Assembly: GCF_000014265.1 (NCBI RefSeq)
Contig: NC_008312.1
Coordinates: 570,001-602,000, forward strand
From: Trichodesmium erythraeum IMS101
GTDB taxonomy: Bacteria; Cyanobacteriota; Cyanobacteriia; Cyanobacteriales; Microcoleaceae
Length of the DNA stretch: 32,000 nucleotides
Direction of reading: 5' to 3'
A program made the position numbers and the translations under genes. The notes under the pieces are model-generated. The model did not search any database, had not been told where the DNA came from, and saw only the letters and a program-made list of their open reading frames with translations. Of this stretch, positions 18,749 through 27,396 are shown one piece after another; the stretch's first letter is position 1, and each line of letters starts with the position of its first letter.

Positions 18749-21631
18749 ATGAAGCCCAAAAATACCCCAAATAATTGGAAATTCCTTAAAACACTAATTA
18801 ACCAACGGCATTTCCTCCAAAGTCTGCTGTTGTTAATTTTATTTTTCATAGGCCTAGCAATTCCCCCAGTGGTTGCTCAGATGAGCCCCCAAACTCCCAT
18901 ATTCCAAATTCAACCTGATAGCTTCAGCCTGGAAAAACAGGCTAGAAGCCTCTATCAAACCAGAAACTTTCCTGAAGCCGCCAGATTTTGGGAACAAGCG
19001 GTAGTCGCCTTTGCTAAACAAGGGGATCAACTCAACCATGCCATGGCACTAAGCAACCTTTCCCTAACTCGTCAACAACTTCGAGAGTGGGAATTAGCAC
19101 AAAAGGCTATTGACGAAAGCCTAAATATCCTACAAACCCTAGAAAAAACACCAGAAACACAGCGCATCCTCGCTCAAACCCTGGATATTCAAGGAAAGCA
19201 GTTGCGGGAGGTAGAAAAGCCGGAAAAAGCTCTAGAAACTTGGCAACAAGCTGCTGACCTGTATCGGGAAATTGACAGACCAGAAGCAGCCGCCCAGAAT
19301 GAGTTTAACCAAATTCAGGTACTCCAAGACTTAGGACTTTATCCCCGCGCTTGCAAGAGTTTATTATCAATAATAGAGCTGAATGTTCAAAATTGTCAAG
19401 CATTAAGGAAATTAACCCCAGAAGATTTAAAGCAACAACTCCAAGTATTTGCTCAACGCCCCGCTTCCTTACTCGAAGTCCAGAAATTGCGAAATCTCGG
19501 TGATGTACTGCGAGTTTTAGGTCAGCCAACTAACTCGGAAGTTCTATTAGAAGCTAGTTTGGAGGGAGCTAAACAATTAGAACCTTTCCCAAGCAAAAAC
19601 GCCGAAATTGCTGCTATCTATCTCAGCTTAGGCAATACCGCTCGTGTCCAAGGCAAAAATGACAATGCTAGAGAAGCTTTAACATTCTACCAAGAGGCAG
19701 TTAAAGCAGCTACTGAGTCAGGAACAGCTACCCTCATAATTCAAGCTCAACTCAATGAACTGAGTCTGTTGGTGAAAAAGCAGTCCTGGCCTCAAGTGCC
19801 AGATTTGGTGTCTCAAATTGAACCCCAATTAAATAATTTGCCTCCTAGTCGCGCCGCTATTAATGCCCGACTTAATTTCGCCCAAAGCCTATTCTGCTGG
19901 AAAGAGCCAACCCTCAGTCAGGAAGAACGTCAACTCTCATCTCCTATTATTGAGCAGTGCAGTTTAGCCAGGGATAGAGAGAAAAATAATCAACTTCAGC
20001 CCTCAGATGTTCCGAAATGGGAAGATATTGCCGAAATAGTTACTACCGCTGTCAAGCAGTCTCAAACCTTGGGCAACAAGAGAGCAGAGGCTTATGCTCT
20101 CGGTTATCAGGGCAGCGTTGAGCAACAAATGGAAAAATTTTCAGAAGCTCAAGATTTAACCATAAAAGCTCTGAACATATCATCATCTTTCCAGTTGCCA
20201 GACATTGCCTATCTCTGGCAGTGGCAACTGGGGCGCTTGCGGGAAATTCAGGGAGAGGAAGATGACGCGATCGCTGCTTATAATACCGCCTTTGCCACCC
20301 TTCAGTCCCTGCGGGGAGACTTAGTTTCTATTGATCAGGAAGTTCAATTTACTTTTCGCGACAGTGTAGAACCTGTCTATCGAGAATATGTCGATTTACT
20401 CTTGCGAGGGGAAGATATCTCTCAAGACAACCTTAAACGAGCTCGTGAGGTGATTGAAGCCCTGCAACTAGCTGAACTGAATGACTTTTTTGGCAATGCT
20501 TGTTTGGAAGCAAAACCCAAGAAAATTGACACAGTGATTAAAGAAACTTCCTCCCCAACAGCATTCTTCTACGCAGTTATTTTGAAAGACCGTTTAGAAG
20601 TAATTTTGGCTTTATCAGGAGGCAAAGAATTACAACATTACCATACTAACAAATCTCAAGATGAAGTTAAAGCAATCAAAAAAACAATAAAAGACCTACG
20701 CACATTTCTCTCCAATAAGACGACGGCTTTGGAAGATGTGAAAAAACAATCCCATAAAATATATGATTGGCTAATCAAGAAAGCTCAAAAACAACTAGAA
20801 ACAAATGGGATCCAGACCTTGGTTTTTGTTCTAGATAGTCCATTACGTAATATTCCTATGGCAGTTCTATACAATATCGAAACTGAGCGATATTTGGTAG
20901 AAGACTACGCCATCGCCTTCACCCCAGGCCTGCAACTTTTGAGTCCTCAACCTGTCAAACAATTTCGCTTAAATGGGTTAACAGGAGGTGTGAGCGAAGA
21001 GCGAGAAACTGAGTCAATAAATTTTGGTAGAACGAAACCACAAGATTTTACTGAAATTCCCTTTGTCAAGGAGGAATTAAAAAAAATTCGCTCAGTAATA
21101 TCTAGTTCAACAGAAACTCTATTGAATGAGAAATTTCTTAAAGAGCGACTGCAAAATGAACTCAATTCAGCTAACTTCAACACCGTTCACCTATCAACTC
21201 ACGGCAAATTTAGTTCTAATATAGAAGACACCTATCTTTTAGCTTGGAATGAACTACTCAAAATGGAAGATTTAGAAAACTTGTTCCAAATTAAACTGGC
21301 TAATCAGTCAATTCCCATTGAATTACTCGTCCTGAGTGCTTGCCAAACAGCCAAAGGCGATGAGCGAGCAATATTGGGAATGGCTGGGGTAGCAGTGAAA
21401 GCGGGTGCCCGTAGCACACTAGCCACCTTGTGGCCAGTCTTTGATGAATCCACGGCCGAATTCATGTTCTTATTTTATCAGCAGTTAATCCAGAACCAGG
21501 CTCAAAATATGACCAAAGCTGAAGCACTTCGTCAAGCTCAACTAAAATTATGGGCTCAGAAAAAACCAGGAAAACGGTGGAATCACCCCTATTATTGGGC
21601 TCCCTTTATTTTGCTAGGTAATTGGCTATAA
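18749..21631 (+). CDS. Exported TPR-repeat / CHAT-domain (caspase-fold) protease
   Basis: N-terminal signal or anchor LLLLILFFIGLAIPPVVAQ|M. About 500 aa of TPR-like helical repeats follow. The C-terminal CHAT domain has an intact dyad: H818 in VHLSTHGKF (21200..21202) and C865 in LVLSACQTA (21341..21343), ending HPYYWAPFILLGNW. GAGGA lies 6 nt upstream, and the gene starts 35 nt after the TpsA stop. Confidence 0.88.
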   Translation: MKPKNTPNNWKFLKTLINQRHFLQSLLLLILFFIGLAIPPVVAQMSPQTPIFQIQPDSFSLEKQARSLYQTRNFPEAARFWEQAVVAFAKQGDQLNHAMALSNLSLTRQQLREWELAQKAIDESLNILQTLEKTPETQRILAQTLDIQGKQLREVEKPEKALETWQQAADLYREIDRPEAAAQNEFNQIQVLQDLGLYPRACKSLLSIIELNVQNCQALRKLTPEDLKQQLQVFAQRPASLLEVQKLRNLGDVLRVLGQPTNSEVLLEASLEGAKQLEPFPSKNAEIAAIYLSLGNTARVQGKNDNAREALTFYQEAVKAATESGTATLIIQAQLNELSLLVKKQSWPQVPDLVSQIEPQLNNLPPSRAAINARLNFAQSLFCWKEPTLSQEERQLSSPIIEQCSLARDREKNNQLQPSDVPKWEDIAEIVTTAVKQSQTLGNKRAEAYALGYQGSVEQQMEKFSEAQDLTIKALNISSSFQLPDIAYLWQWQLGRLREIQGEEDDAIAAYNTAFATLQSLRGDLVSIDQEVQFTFRDSVEPVYREYVDLLLRGEDISQDNLKRAREVIEALQLAELNDFFGNACLEAKPKKIDTVIKETSSPTAFFYAVILKDRLEVILALSGGKELQHYHTNKSQDEVKAIKKTIKDLRTFLSNKTTALEDVKKQSHKIYDWLIKKAQKQLETNGIQTLVFVLDSPLRNIPMAVLYNIETERYLVEDYAIAFTPGLQLLSPQPVKQFRLNGLTGGVSEERETESINFGRTKPQDFTEIPFVKEELKKIRSVISSSTETLLNEKFLKERLQNELNSANFNTVHLSTHGKFSSNIEDTYLLAWNELLKMEDLENLFQIKLANQSIPIELLVLSACQTAKGDERAILGMAGVAVKAGARSTLATLWPVFDESTAEFMFLFYQQLIQNQAQNMTKAEALRQAQLKLWAQKKPGKRWNHPYYWAPFILLGNWL

Positions 21632-21649
21632 GCTTGAGGATACAAGCCA

Positions 21650-22510
21650 TTATTTTTCCGGGATACAACAGGATAATATAGGTTCTTCCGCGAAACTTTC
21701 TAAGCCAGCAGCCTTCAACAACTTCTTCCAGTATCCTTTCAGTTCGGGTTCTTGTGGCTCACGACGGCGGCGTTCAGCTAAATCAGTCAGAGCATCATGC
21801 CAAATACCTTTATTAGCATAGTCACTATAAATCTGGAAATTAGAATTCCCCTTAACCCTTTGCACGTAACCTTCTAGAACAACGTTCGCATCTGTATCTT
21901 CTTGATTACAGAAAACTAGGAATAACCAAAGATAGGGACGTTCAATTTCCAGACTCTTCGGTAAATTATCCGGCAGGGGAATACTGACAATTCCAGGAGT
22001 AGCAGAAAAATTAAAAGTAGTTCGGTAAATATCCCTTTCTCCTTCTTCATCTTGGAGGACAAATTGTCCAGTTTGTACCTCCTGAGAATTGTAAGGAATA
22101 TAAAACCAAAATGTAGGAGAATTGCTAACTGTCAAACCCATGTTTTCCGGGACCAAAGCAGTCATCGGCGGATCTACTTTTGGGCAGTCAGGATTCTTAG
22201 TTCCTCCAGAGGTTCGTGTATTTGGTCTCCCTGTCCCAGAAAAATCGATGTTATCAGAATCGTTTTTTTTATCGGTTTTTTTTTCGCTTAAAAGCTTTAC
22301 CTTAACCGAGTCAGAATTGAGAATTAAGCTAGGTTCCTGTCCCTCCGCTGAGGGAAAATATATAATTAAGCTAGCAACACTCCAAGCAATAGTGAAAGCA
22401 GCAAAAGAAAACCCTAACAAAACTAATTTATTTTGATTCATTACTCCTAATCCTATATTTATGTAACTTACAGCAATTCCCGTTGTTATTATATACACCA
22501 ACGGGAGCAA
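21650..22510 (-). CDS. DUF928-domain exported protein (likely true start at 22441)
   Basis: Family-typical core: GTGRPNTRTSGGTKNPDC...MTALVPENMGLTVSNSPTFWFYIP...FVLQDE...PGIVSIPLP...YLWLFLVFCN...LEGYVQRV. The internal Met at 22441 (MNQNKLVLLGFSFAAFTIAWSVASL) gives a clean signal peptide and follows AGGAG. Its stop is 18 bp from the convergent CHAT stop. Confidence 0.8.
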   Translation of the reverse strand: MLPLVYIITTGIAVSYINIGLGVMNQNKLVLLGFSFAAFTIAWSVASLIIYFPSAEGQEPSLILNSDSVKVKLLSEKKTDKKNDSDNIDFSGTGRPNTRTSGGTKNPDCPKVDPPMTALVPENMGLTVSNSPTFWFYIPYNSQEVQTGQFVLQDEEGERDIYRTTFNFSATPGIVSIPLPDNLPKSLEIERPYLWLFLVFCNQEDTDANVVLEGYVQRVKGNSNFQIYSDYANKGIWHDALTDLAERRRREPQEPELKGYWKKLLKAAGLESFAEEPILSCCIPEK

Positions 22511-22555
22511 TATAGTTGCACTACAAGATTTTCATTATTTACCATGTATATCATT

Positions 22556-24907
22556 TTACAGAAACATGGTGTCATTAATTGTTTTATTAGAGAAAATTAT
22601 CGCTATCCCAGTTAAAAAGAAACCTAGTATCGAGGGAACCAGTGGCAGCCATCCGCCAATTTCTATAAAAACTAAAAAGCAGATTCCCCATAACGTAACA
22701 GGTACTGCTACTACAGTTATCCCAATGAACCACCTTCCAAAAACTTGCCTGCTCCAACAAATACCCAGTATTCCTCCTATAAAAGACCAACCCCAAACCC
22801 AAATATTTTCTAAGGCCTGCGGCCACCACCACAAAAGTGTTCGCCCATCTAAGACAGCACTGAGAATCTGACTGATCATGTGACCATGAATCATTATTCC
22901 TGGTATCTTCTTATTATAGGGAGTCAAATGCATATCTTCATAACCAACCTCAGCAGCATCAGTCCCAATGAGAACAATTTTGTTCTTGACCAGATGGGCG
23001 AGTTTAGAGTCACGGGATCCATCAAGTAATTCCTTAAGAGTCATCGTTTCCGCAATTTTCTCAGAAGAACGGTAATTGAGAAGAATTTGATAACCTAGTG
23101 CTTCCCTTTTAGGCAAATGATATCCCCCAGCATCCTTCTCTAATTTATGGAAAAGGACCTCATTAATTTTTAAGTTACCTTGATTAAATTCTCCTGCTCT
23201 CTTTTCCATGCCTTTTTCTTTTAGATAACGAATTGCTATCCTCAGACTAAAAGAATAACTTGAACAAAGGGAGTTTTCAGGAATTGACATCCCCAACAAC
23301 TGACGTCGAATAACGCCACCAGAGTCTTGAGGAAAATCAGCAAAACCTATTCGTTGTTTTTCTTGAATTTCAGGAGGAGGTTCTATGCCAATACTATTAT
23401 TTTTTTCTTCCTTAATTTTACATACAGCGATCAAGCTTTTATTCTGGGCGAGCTGAGTTTTTAAATGTTCATCTTTAGCAGGAAAATCTCGAAAGATATC
23501 TAGACCGATAACTAGAGGTTTATAGGTATTTAATTTGTCTAAAACTTTAATAATTGCTTGGTCTGATAGTGATTCTCCTCCTATTTCCCACCCCATTTCC
23601 TTTTGATATTTAATATCTTCTGGAGTAACTGTAACAATTAGCAAGCGTTTATCTGGACCTTCATCTCTCCTCCATCTTATCATCTGATCGAAAGCCTGTA
23701 GTTTGAATTGTTGTACTCTCTCTGGAGGCTTTGTTACTAAAGTAGTTATGAATATGCTTATTAGCAGTACAATAGACAGAATAGTATATGATTTTAATAT
23801 TTTAAAAAAATTTTGTTGATATTTGCCTTGATTTATCTCTCTTTTCAGGTTAATGTTTGGTAATTCTTTAAAGATTATTTCAGGCTCTTCTTGGGCAATT
23901 CCTAATTTATTTTTTGGTTTTTCTATTTGATATTTACACTTAAATAAATTCTCTTTAGATTCATTTCTCCTAAACTGTAACTTTGGCTCTAGTTGAGTTT
24001 TTGCTAAAACAATATCATAAGCTTCTCCATGTAAAATGTGGATTTCTGGTTTCATACCACCGCCATATTTGAATTTGGGGATATTCTCTTTAACATATTT
24101 CGGTATATTAACTTCCAAAAACTTATAAAAAGAGTCAACTGTTACTTTTCCTTCTTCGTTAGCAGCATCACCATTTAAAGCTAATTGAGCATAGTAAGTA
24201 AAGATAGAAAGATCAGACTGATTTTCCATAAAATATGATTTTTGATCCCCTGCTGAAGAAGTAATAATTACTAATCCTTCTTTTTGTTTAATTTCAACTG
24301 AATTATCCGAACTTATTCCCTTAGATATGGCTTGATATCTTTGTTTTTGATTTAACAACTGTTGAATTAGTAAATTCTCTGCTGAATCATTTTTACCTTT
24401 ACTGTATCCTCGAACAAAAGCGCCTGAATAACATAAATCTAACAGCCATACTTGAGAATTAGAAGTACAATTTTTTATTTGTCGGTGGAAATAACTTGCT
24501 TCAATAGCTCCTGTAATTATTTCTGTATCCCTATCATAACTTGTCTCAGAAGTTGCGATATAAAAAGTTCCTTCTGCATCTGTAATACCGTGACTTGAAA
24601 CATAAATAAGTAAAGTATCTGATTTTTGAGACTCGTAAAAAAACTTGTTGATGGCATATTCCATGTCTTTTCTATCAAGATTTTCCTCCTGGATAACTTC
24701 AAACCCACCCTTTTCTTCCAAGCATTTTTTCATAACTTGAACGTCTTCTAGTGTTGGGGAGAAGTTATCTAATCCTTCACCAAATATTGTTATTCCAATT
24801 AATAAAGCACGTCTTCGTTCCATAACTTGTTGATGACATATTCCCTGTATTTTTTTATCAAGATTTTCATTCTTGATAACTTCAAATACCCCCCTTTTTT
24901 TTAGCAT
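22556..24907 (-). CDS. Peptidase-C14 caspase domain (N-terminal, cytoplasmic) fused to a CHASE2 transmembrane sensor; alternative start at 24823
   Basis: The caspase core is RRALLIGI...LLIYVSSHGI (H106, 24590..24592) ... WLLDLCYSGAF (C159, 24431..24433). TM1 is at about aa 366-392. The CHASE2-like periplasmic region begins RLLIVTVTPEDI...LVIGLDIFRDFPA. Three C-terminal TM helices follow, and the protein ends about 15 aa later with no C-terminal output domain. Residues 1-28 derive from a decayed duplicate, so Met29 (MERRRALLIG) may be the real start. Confidence 0.85.
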   Translation of the reverse strand: MLKKRGVFEVIKNENLDKKIQGICHQQVMERRRALLIGITIFGEGLDNFSPTLEDVQVMKKCLEEKGGFEVIQEENLDRKDMEYAINKFFYESQKSDTLLIYVSSHGITDAEGTFYIATSETSYDRDTEIITGAIEASYFHRQIKNCTSNSQVWLLDLCYSGAFVRGYSKGKNDSAENLLIQQLLNQKQRYQAISKGISSDNSVEIKQKEGLVIITSSAGDQKSYFMENQSDLSIFTYYAQLALNGDAANEEGKVTVDSFYKFLEVNIPKYVKENIPKFKYGGGMKPEIHILHGEAYDIVLAKTQLEPKLQFRRNESKENLFKCKYQIEKPKNKLGIAQEEPEIIFKELPNINLKREINQGKYQQNFFKILKSYTILSIVLLISIFITTLVTKPPERVQQFKLQAFDQMIRWRRDEGPDKRLLIVTVTPEDIKYQKEMGWEIGGESLSDQAIIKVLDKLNTYKPLVIGLDIFRDFPAKDEHLKTQLAQNKSLIAVCKIKEEKNNSIGIEPPPEIQEKQRIGFADFPQDSGGVIRRQLLGMSIPENSLCSSYSFSLRIAIRYLKEKGMEKRAGEFNQGNLKINEVLFHKLEKDAGGYHLPKREALGYQILLNYRSSEKIAETMTLKELLDGSRDSKLAHLVKNKIVLIGTDAAEVGYEDMHLTPYNKKIPGIMIHGHMISQILSAVLDGRTLLWWWPQALENIWVWGWSFIGGILGICWSRQVFGRWFIGITVVAVPVTLWGICFLVFIEIGGWLPLVPSILGFFLTGIAIIFSNKTINDTMFL

Positions 24908-25006
24908 TTATTGATAACTTAAATTTCTTCCAGTGTGGGGGGGGAAGTTATCTAATTCTTCACAAAATGTTATTATTCAAATTAATAAAGCACGTCTTCC
25001 TTCCAT
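24824..25006 (-). pseudogene. Decayed upstream copy of a 183-bp tandem duplication of the caspase gene 5' end
   Basis: The minus strand from 25006 reads ATGGAAGGAAGACGTGCTTTATTAATTTGA..., against the functional copy from 24823, ATGGAACGAAGACGTGCTTTATTAATTGGA... The similarity continues for the full 183 bp (to ..ATCAACAAGTT). The upstream copy has a TGA at codon 10 and compensating single-nt indels at C8 and A8/G6 runs. Confidence 0.8.
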
Positions 25007-25023
25007 ATCTGTTAATCCAGATT

Positions 25024-25416
25024 TTAGATCATATTCTTAACTTCATGTAGTAAAGTATAAAACTCTTTATCAGAACAATTTTGTCTTTCTGCTTGAAAAA
25101 TTAAAGTACCATCTTCTCTGAAAAATTGTACTTTATACTTTCCATTTGTTTTTTCATCTACTAAACTCATTGACCGAGTGATTCTCTCTTCTTCTGCTTC
25201 TAATTCTAGCTCTATAATTCCTGGTAAGTAACCTCCCCCTTTATTTGGTTCAGATGAATTTGATTCAGGCTCAAGAATGCGTTTTACTTTTTCAATCACA
25301 TTCAAAAGTTTTAGCTGTTTCATTTGTTTCAAAAGCTTTATTGTTTCTGTCTCTAGTCTATTTGAATCAATATGTATCAGAGTTATAATAAGTTTAACAT
25401 TTGAAATATTATTCAT
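25024..25416 (-). CDS. Hypothetical 130-aa soluble protein (possible adaptor; weak resemblance to EACC1-type components)
   Basis: The ORF sits between the WD40 gene and the caspase-CHASE2 gene on the same strand. Its stop is 17 nt upstream of the ancestral caspase ATG (25006). It has no TM segment or signal peptide. The charged central segment is EPESNSSEPNKGGGYLPGIIELELEAEEE and the C-terminal region is beta-rich (KYKVQFFREDGTLIFQAER). Confidence 0.6.
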   Translation of the reverse strand: MNNISNVKLIITLIHIDSNRLETETIKLLKQMKQLKLLNVIEKVKRILEPESNSSEPNKGGGYLPGIIELELEAEEERITRSMSLVDEKTNGKYKVQFFREDGTLIFQAERQNCSDKEFYTLLHEVKNMI

Positions 25417-25538
25417 TAAGCTATATTTAATAAATTGAGTTTTTAAGTAAGATTTATGATAACATATTTATGGCAATAAAATCAACGAAAAATTCCCCCT
25501 TATGGCAAGGCTTTAGAGCTGATTTTTTTATTAATCTA

Positions 25539-26810
25539 TTACTGATTAATACTCGAAGGTTTCCAAGTACAAATATTTCCTTGGCTATTGCTACTAAGTA
25601 ATCTTTGAGAATGTTGACTAAATACAAGGCACTGAGTATAATTTGGATATGTCTCCAAAGTTTGTATAACATTGCTTTCACGCCAATTATGAATCTTAAT
25701 AGTCTGACTGTAACTAGCACTAGCCAGAGTTTGACTATCTGGACTAAAAGCCAATGAAAGAACTGCTTTTGAATGTTTCTCTAACTTTTTTATGAAAGTT
25801 CCCGAATTGAGATTCCAAAGATAAATCTCACCATCTTTCCCTCCACTAGCCACAACTTCATTATTTGGACTAATTGCTAGAGAAGTTACCCAATCTGAAT
25901 GTTGTTCTAAACTTTCTGATTCTGGAAAAGATATCCAATCTTCATAGTACTGATGAGGTTGATTATCTTTAGAAGGTACTCCCCAAGAATAAACCTTGCC
26001 ATCTTTTCCCCCGCTAACTAGCATGCCACCATTTGGGCTCATAGCTAAACACATAACTCCATCTTTATGCTTAGACAAACAACCTACTTGTTTTATTTCT
26101 TTAGGCAAAGACCAAACCTTAATTTGCTCACTCTCATAGGAATTAATAAATAAATACTCTCCATTTGGACTCAGAGACATAGATTCAATAGCATAAGGAT
26201 TAGACCCCAATTCTTTTTGATGCAAAGTCCATTTAACTTCTTGCGTCTGTAAATTCCAAATTTTTATTTTTTCGTCATAACTGCCACTAATTAATTCTTC
26301 CTCTGAACTGAAAACAAGACATGAAACATCTTTTTCATGAGCTTTTAATGAACATTTCACTTTTCGTTTCTGTAAATCCCAAATTTTTATTTCTCCGTCA
26401 TAACTCCCGCTAGCAAGAGTGTTTCCATTTGGACTCAGAGCTATACTGCCAACACTATTTGCATGACCTGTGAGAGTATATTCATTTTCAAGTAATGTAT
26501 TTTCCCAAGGATTTGAGACAAACTCATATTGATCTATTCCCAACGACTTCCAATCAGTTACTTTTCTCCAATCAATATCAATAGCTTGGCATAAGGCAAT
26601 GTAACCTTTAACTTCGATTGGCTTTTTGCTCTTAAATCGCTTCAATGTTGATACAGAAGTAACCCGTGCTTTATTATCAATGTGATTAGTAGCTTTTTCA
26701 AGCCAATCTAAATCATTCCAACTTGGATTATTTTTTTTTATTCTTGCAATATTATTTTTAATAATTTCCAACCCTTGTTCAGACAATTGTAAAGAACGCG
26801 GCCAACCCAT
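25539..26810 (-). CDS. HTH-like N-terminal domain plus seven-bladed WD40 repeat protein
   Basis: The N-terminus (LSEQGLEIIKNNI...VTSVSTLKRFKSKKPIEVKGYIALCQAIDIDWRKV) resembles the HTH-like module common at the N-termini of cyanobacterial WD40/STAND proteins. Seven WD40 units follow (for example LTGHANSVGSIALSPNGNTLASGSYDGEIKIWDL and LEQHSDWVTSLAISPNNEVVASGGKDGEIYLWNL). There is no NTPase domain between them. Confidence 0.85.
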   Translation of the reverse strand: MGWPRSLQLSEQGLEIIKNNIARIKKNNPSWNDLDWLEKATNHIDNKARVTSVSTLKRFKSKKPIEVKGYIALCQAIDIDWRKVTDWKSLGIDQYEFVSNPWENTLLENEYTLTGHANSVGSIALSPNGNTLASGSYDGEIKIWDLQKRKVKCSLKAHEKDVSCLVFSSEEELISGSYDEKIKIWNLQTQEVKWTLHQKELGSNPYAIESMSLSPNGEYLFINSYESEQIKVWSLPKEIKQVGCLSKHKDGVMCLAMSPNGGMLVSGGKDGKVYSWGVPSKDNQPHQYYEDWISFPESESLEQHSDWVTSLAISPNNEVVASGGKDGEIYLWNLNSGTFIKKLEKHSKAVLSLAFSPDSQTLASASYSQTIKIHNWRESNVIQTLETYPNYTQCLVFSQHSQRLLSSNSQGNICTWKPSSINQ

Positions 26811-27335
26811 AATTTTATCCTTTTACTTTCTTTATTGAGGTTAATTTTAGCCTCTTTAAGTATATTTGGGAAAAAAATCTATTGGACTATGGAGAGGGCA
26901 ATTTGATGCTCAAGCACCAGGGCAAGCTAGACTATCATTCCAGACAACACGGACACAACCTAGGTCACCTTGCTAATCGGTGTTTTTGTCCTAATTTGGA
27001 TATATACAGTACTTAAATCTTGCTTTCATAGAATGACTTTGAAACTAAAAAGCATAATCACATAAACATAACCAGTGGAAAAAAAATAAACTAAAAATTA
27101 ACCCGCTTATGGGCGAGGCTTGAAACCCAATTTTTCAGTAAATTATAACTTCGCTCTGACCTAAAAAGCTTGTATGGAGGGTCTCTACCTAACTCCTAAG
27201 TTCTGAATTCTACTCTCACCCATAAGACTTATTCAGTAAGCCCTATTTAGCTTTTTTTTTAACAAATAGTCTCTAATAAATAGTTAGGTTCAATTCATAA
27301 AAATATGCTGATCATATTCCATGTATTGAGACAAG

Positions 27336-27396
27336 TTCAGTAATGGTTCAGTTAAAGTTCAGTAATGGTTCAGTTGAAATTCAGTAATGGTTCAGT
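27336..27396 (+). promoter_or_regulatory. Phased array of six direct TTCAGT hexamers at exact 11-bp spacing (three 22-bp units)
   Basis: TTCAGT occurs at 27336, 27347, 27358, 27369, 27380 and 27391. The 22-bp unit is (A/G)GTTCAGTAATGGTTCAGTT(A/G)A, repeated three times over 27334..27399. The array lies 162 nt upstream of the sigma-factor ATG, in the divergent intergenic region shared with the WD40 operon. Confidence 0.6.

Noticed and set aside
21623-21657. Possible bidirectional terminator between the convergent CHAT and DUF928 stops
   Set aside because: There is only a 5-bp stem (TGGCT/AGCCA) with a 17-nt loop, and a U-run on one strand only. This is too weak to call.
12036-24708. Assorted short internal or antisense ORFs from the track (12036..12260, 14809..15051, 14841..15029, 15519..15937, 18091..18619, 18854..19529, 20947..21183, 22052..22436, 22566..22871, 24517..24708)
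   Set aside because: Each lies wholly inside a longer ORF with clear family motifs, and none has independent support.
25454-25720. 88-aa minus-strand ORF overlapping the 3' end of the WD40 gene
   Set aside because: It is an alternative frame of the strongly supported WD40 CDS, with a hydrophobic low-complexity translation.
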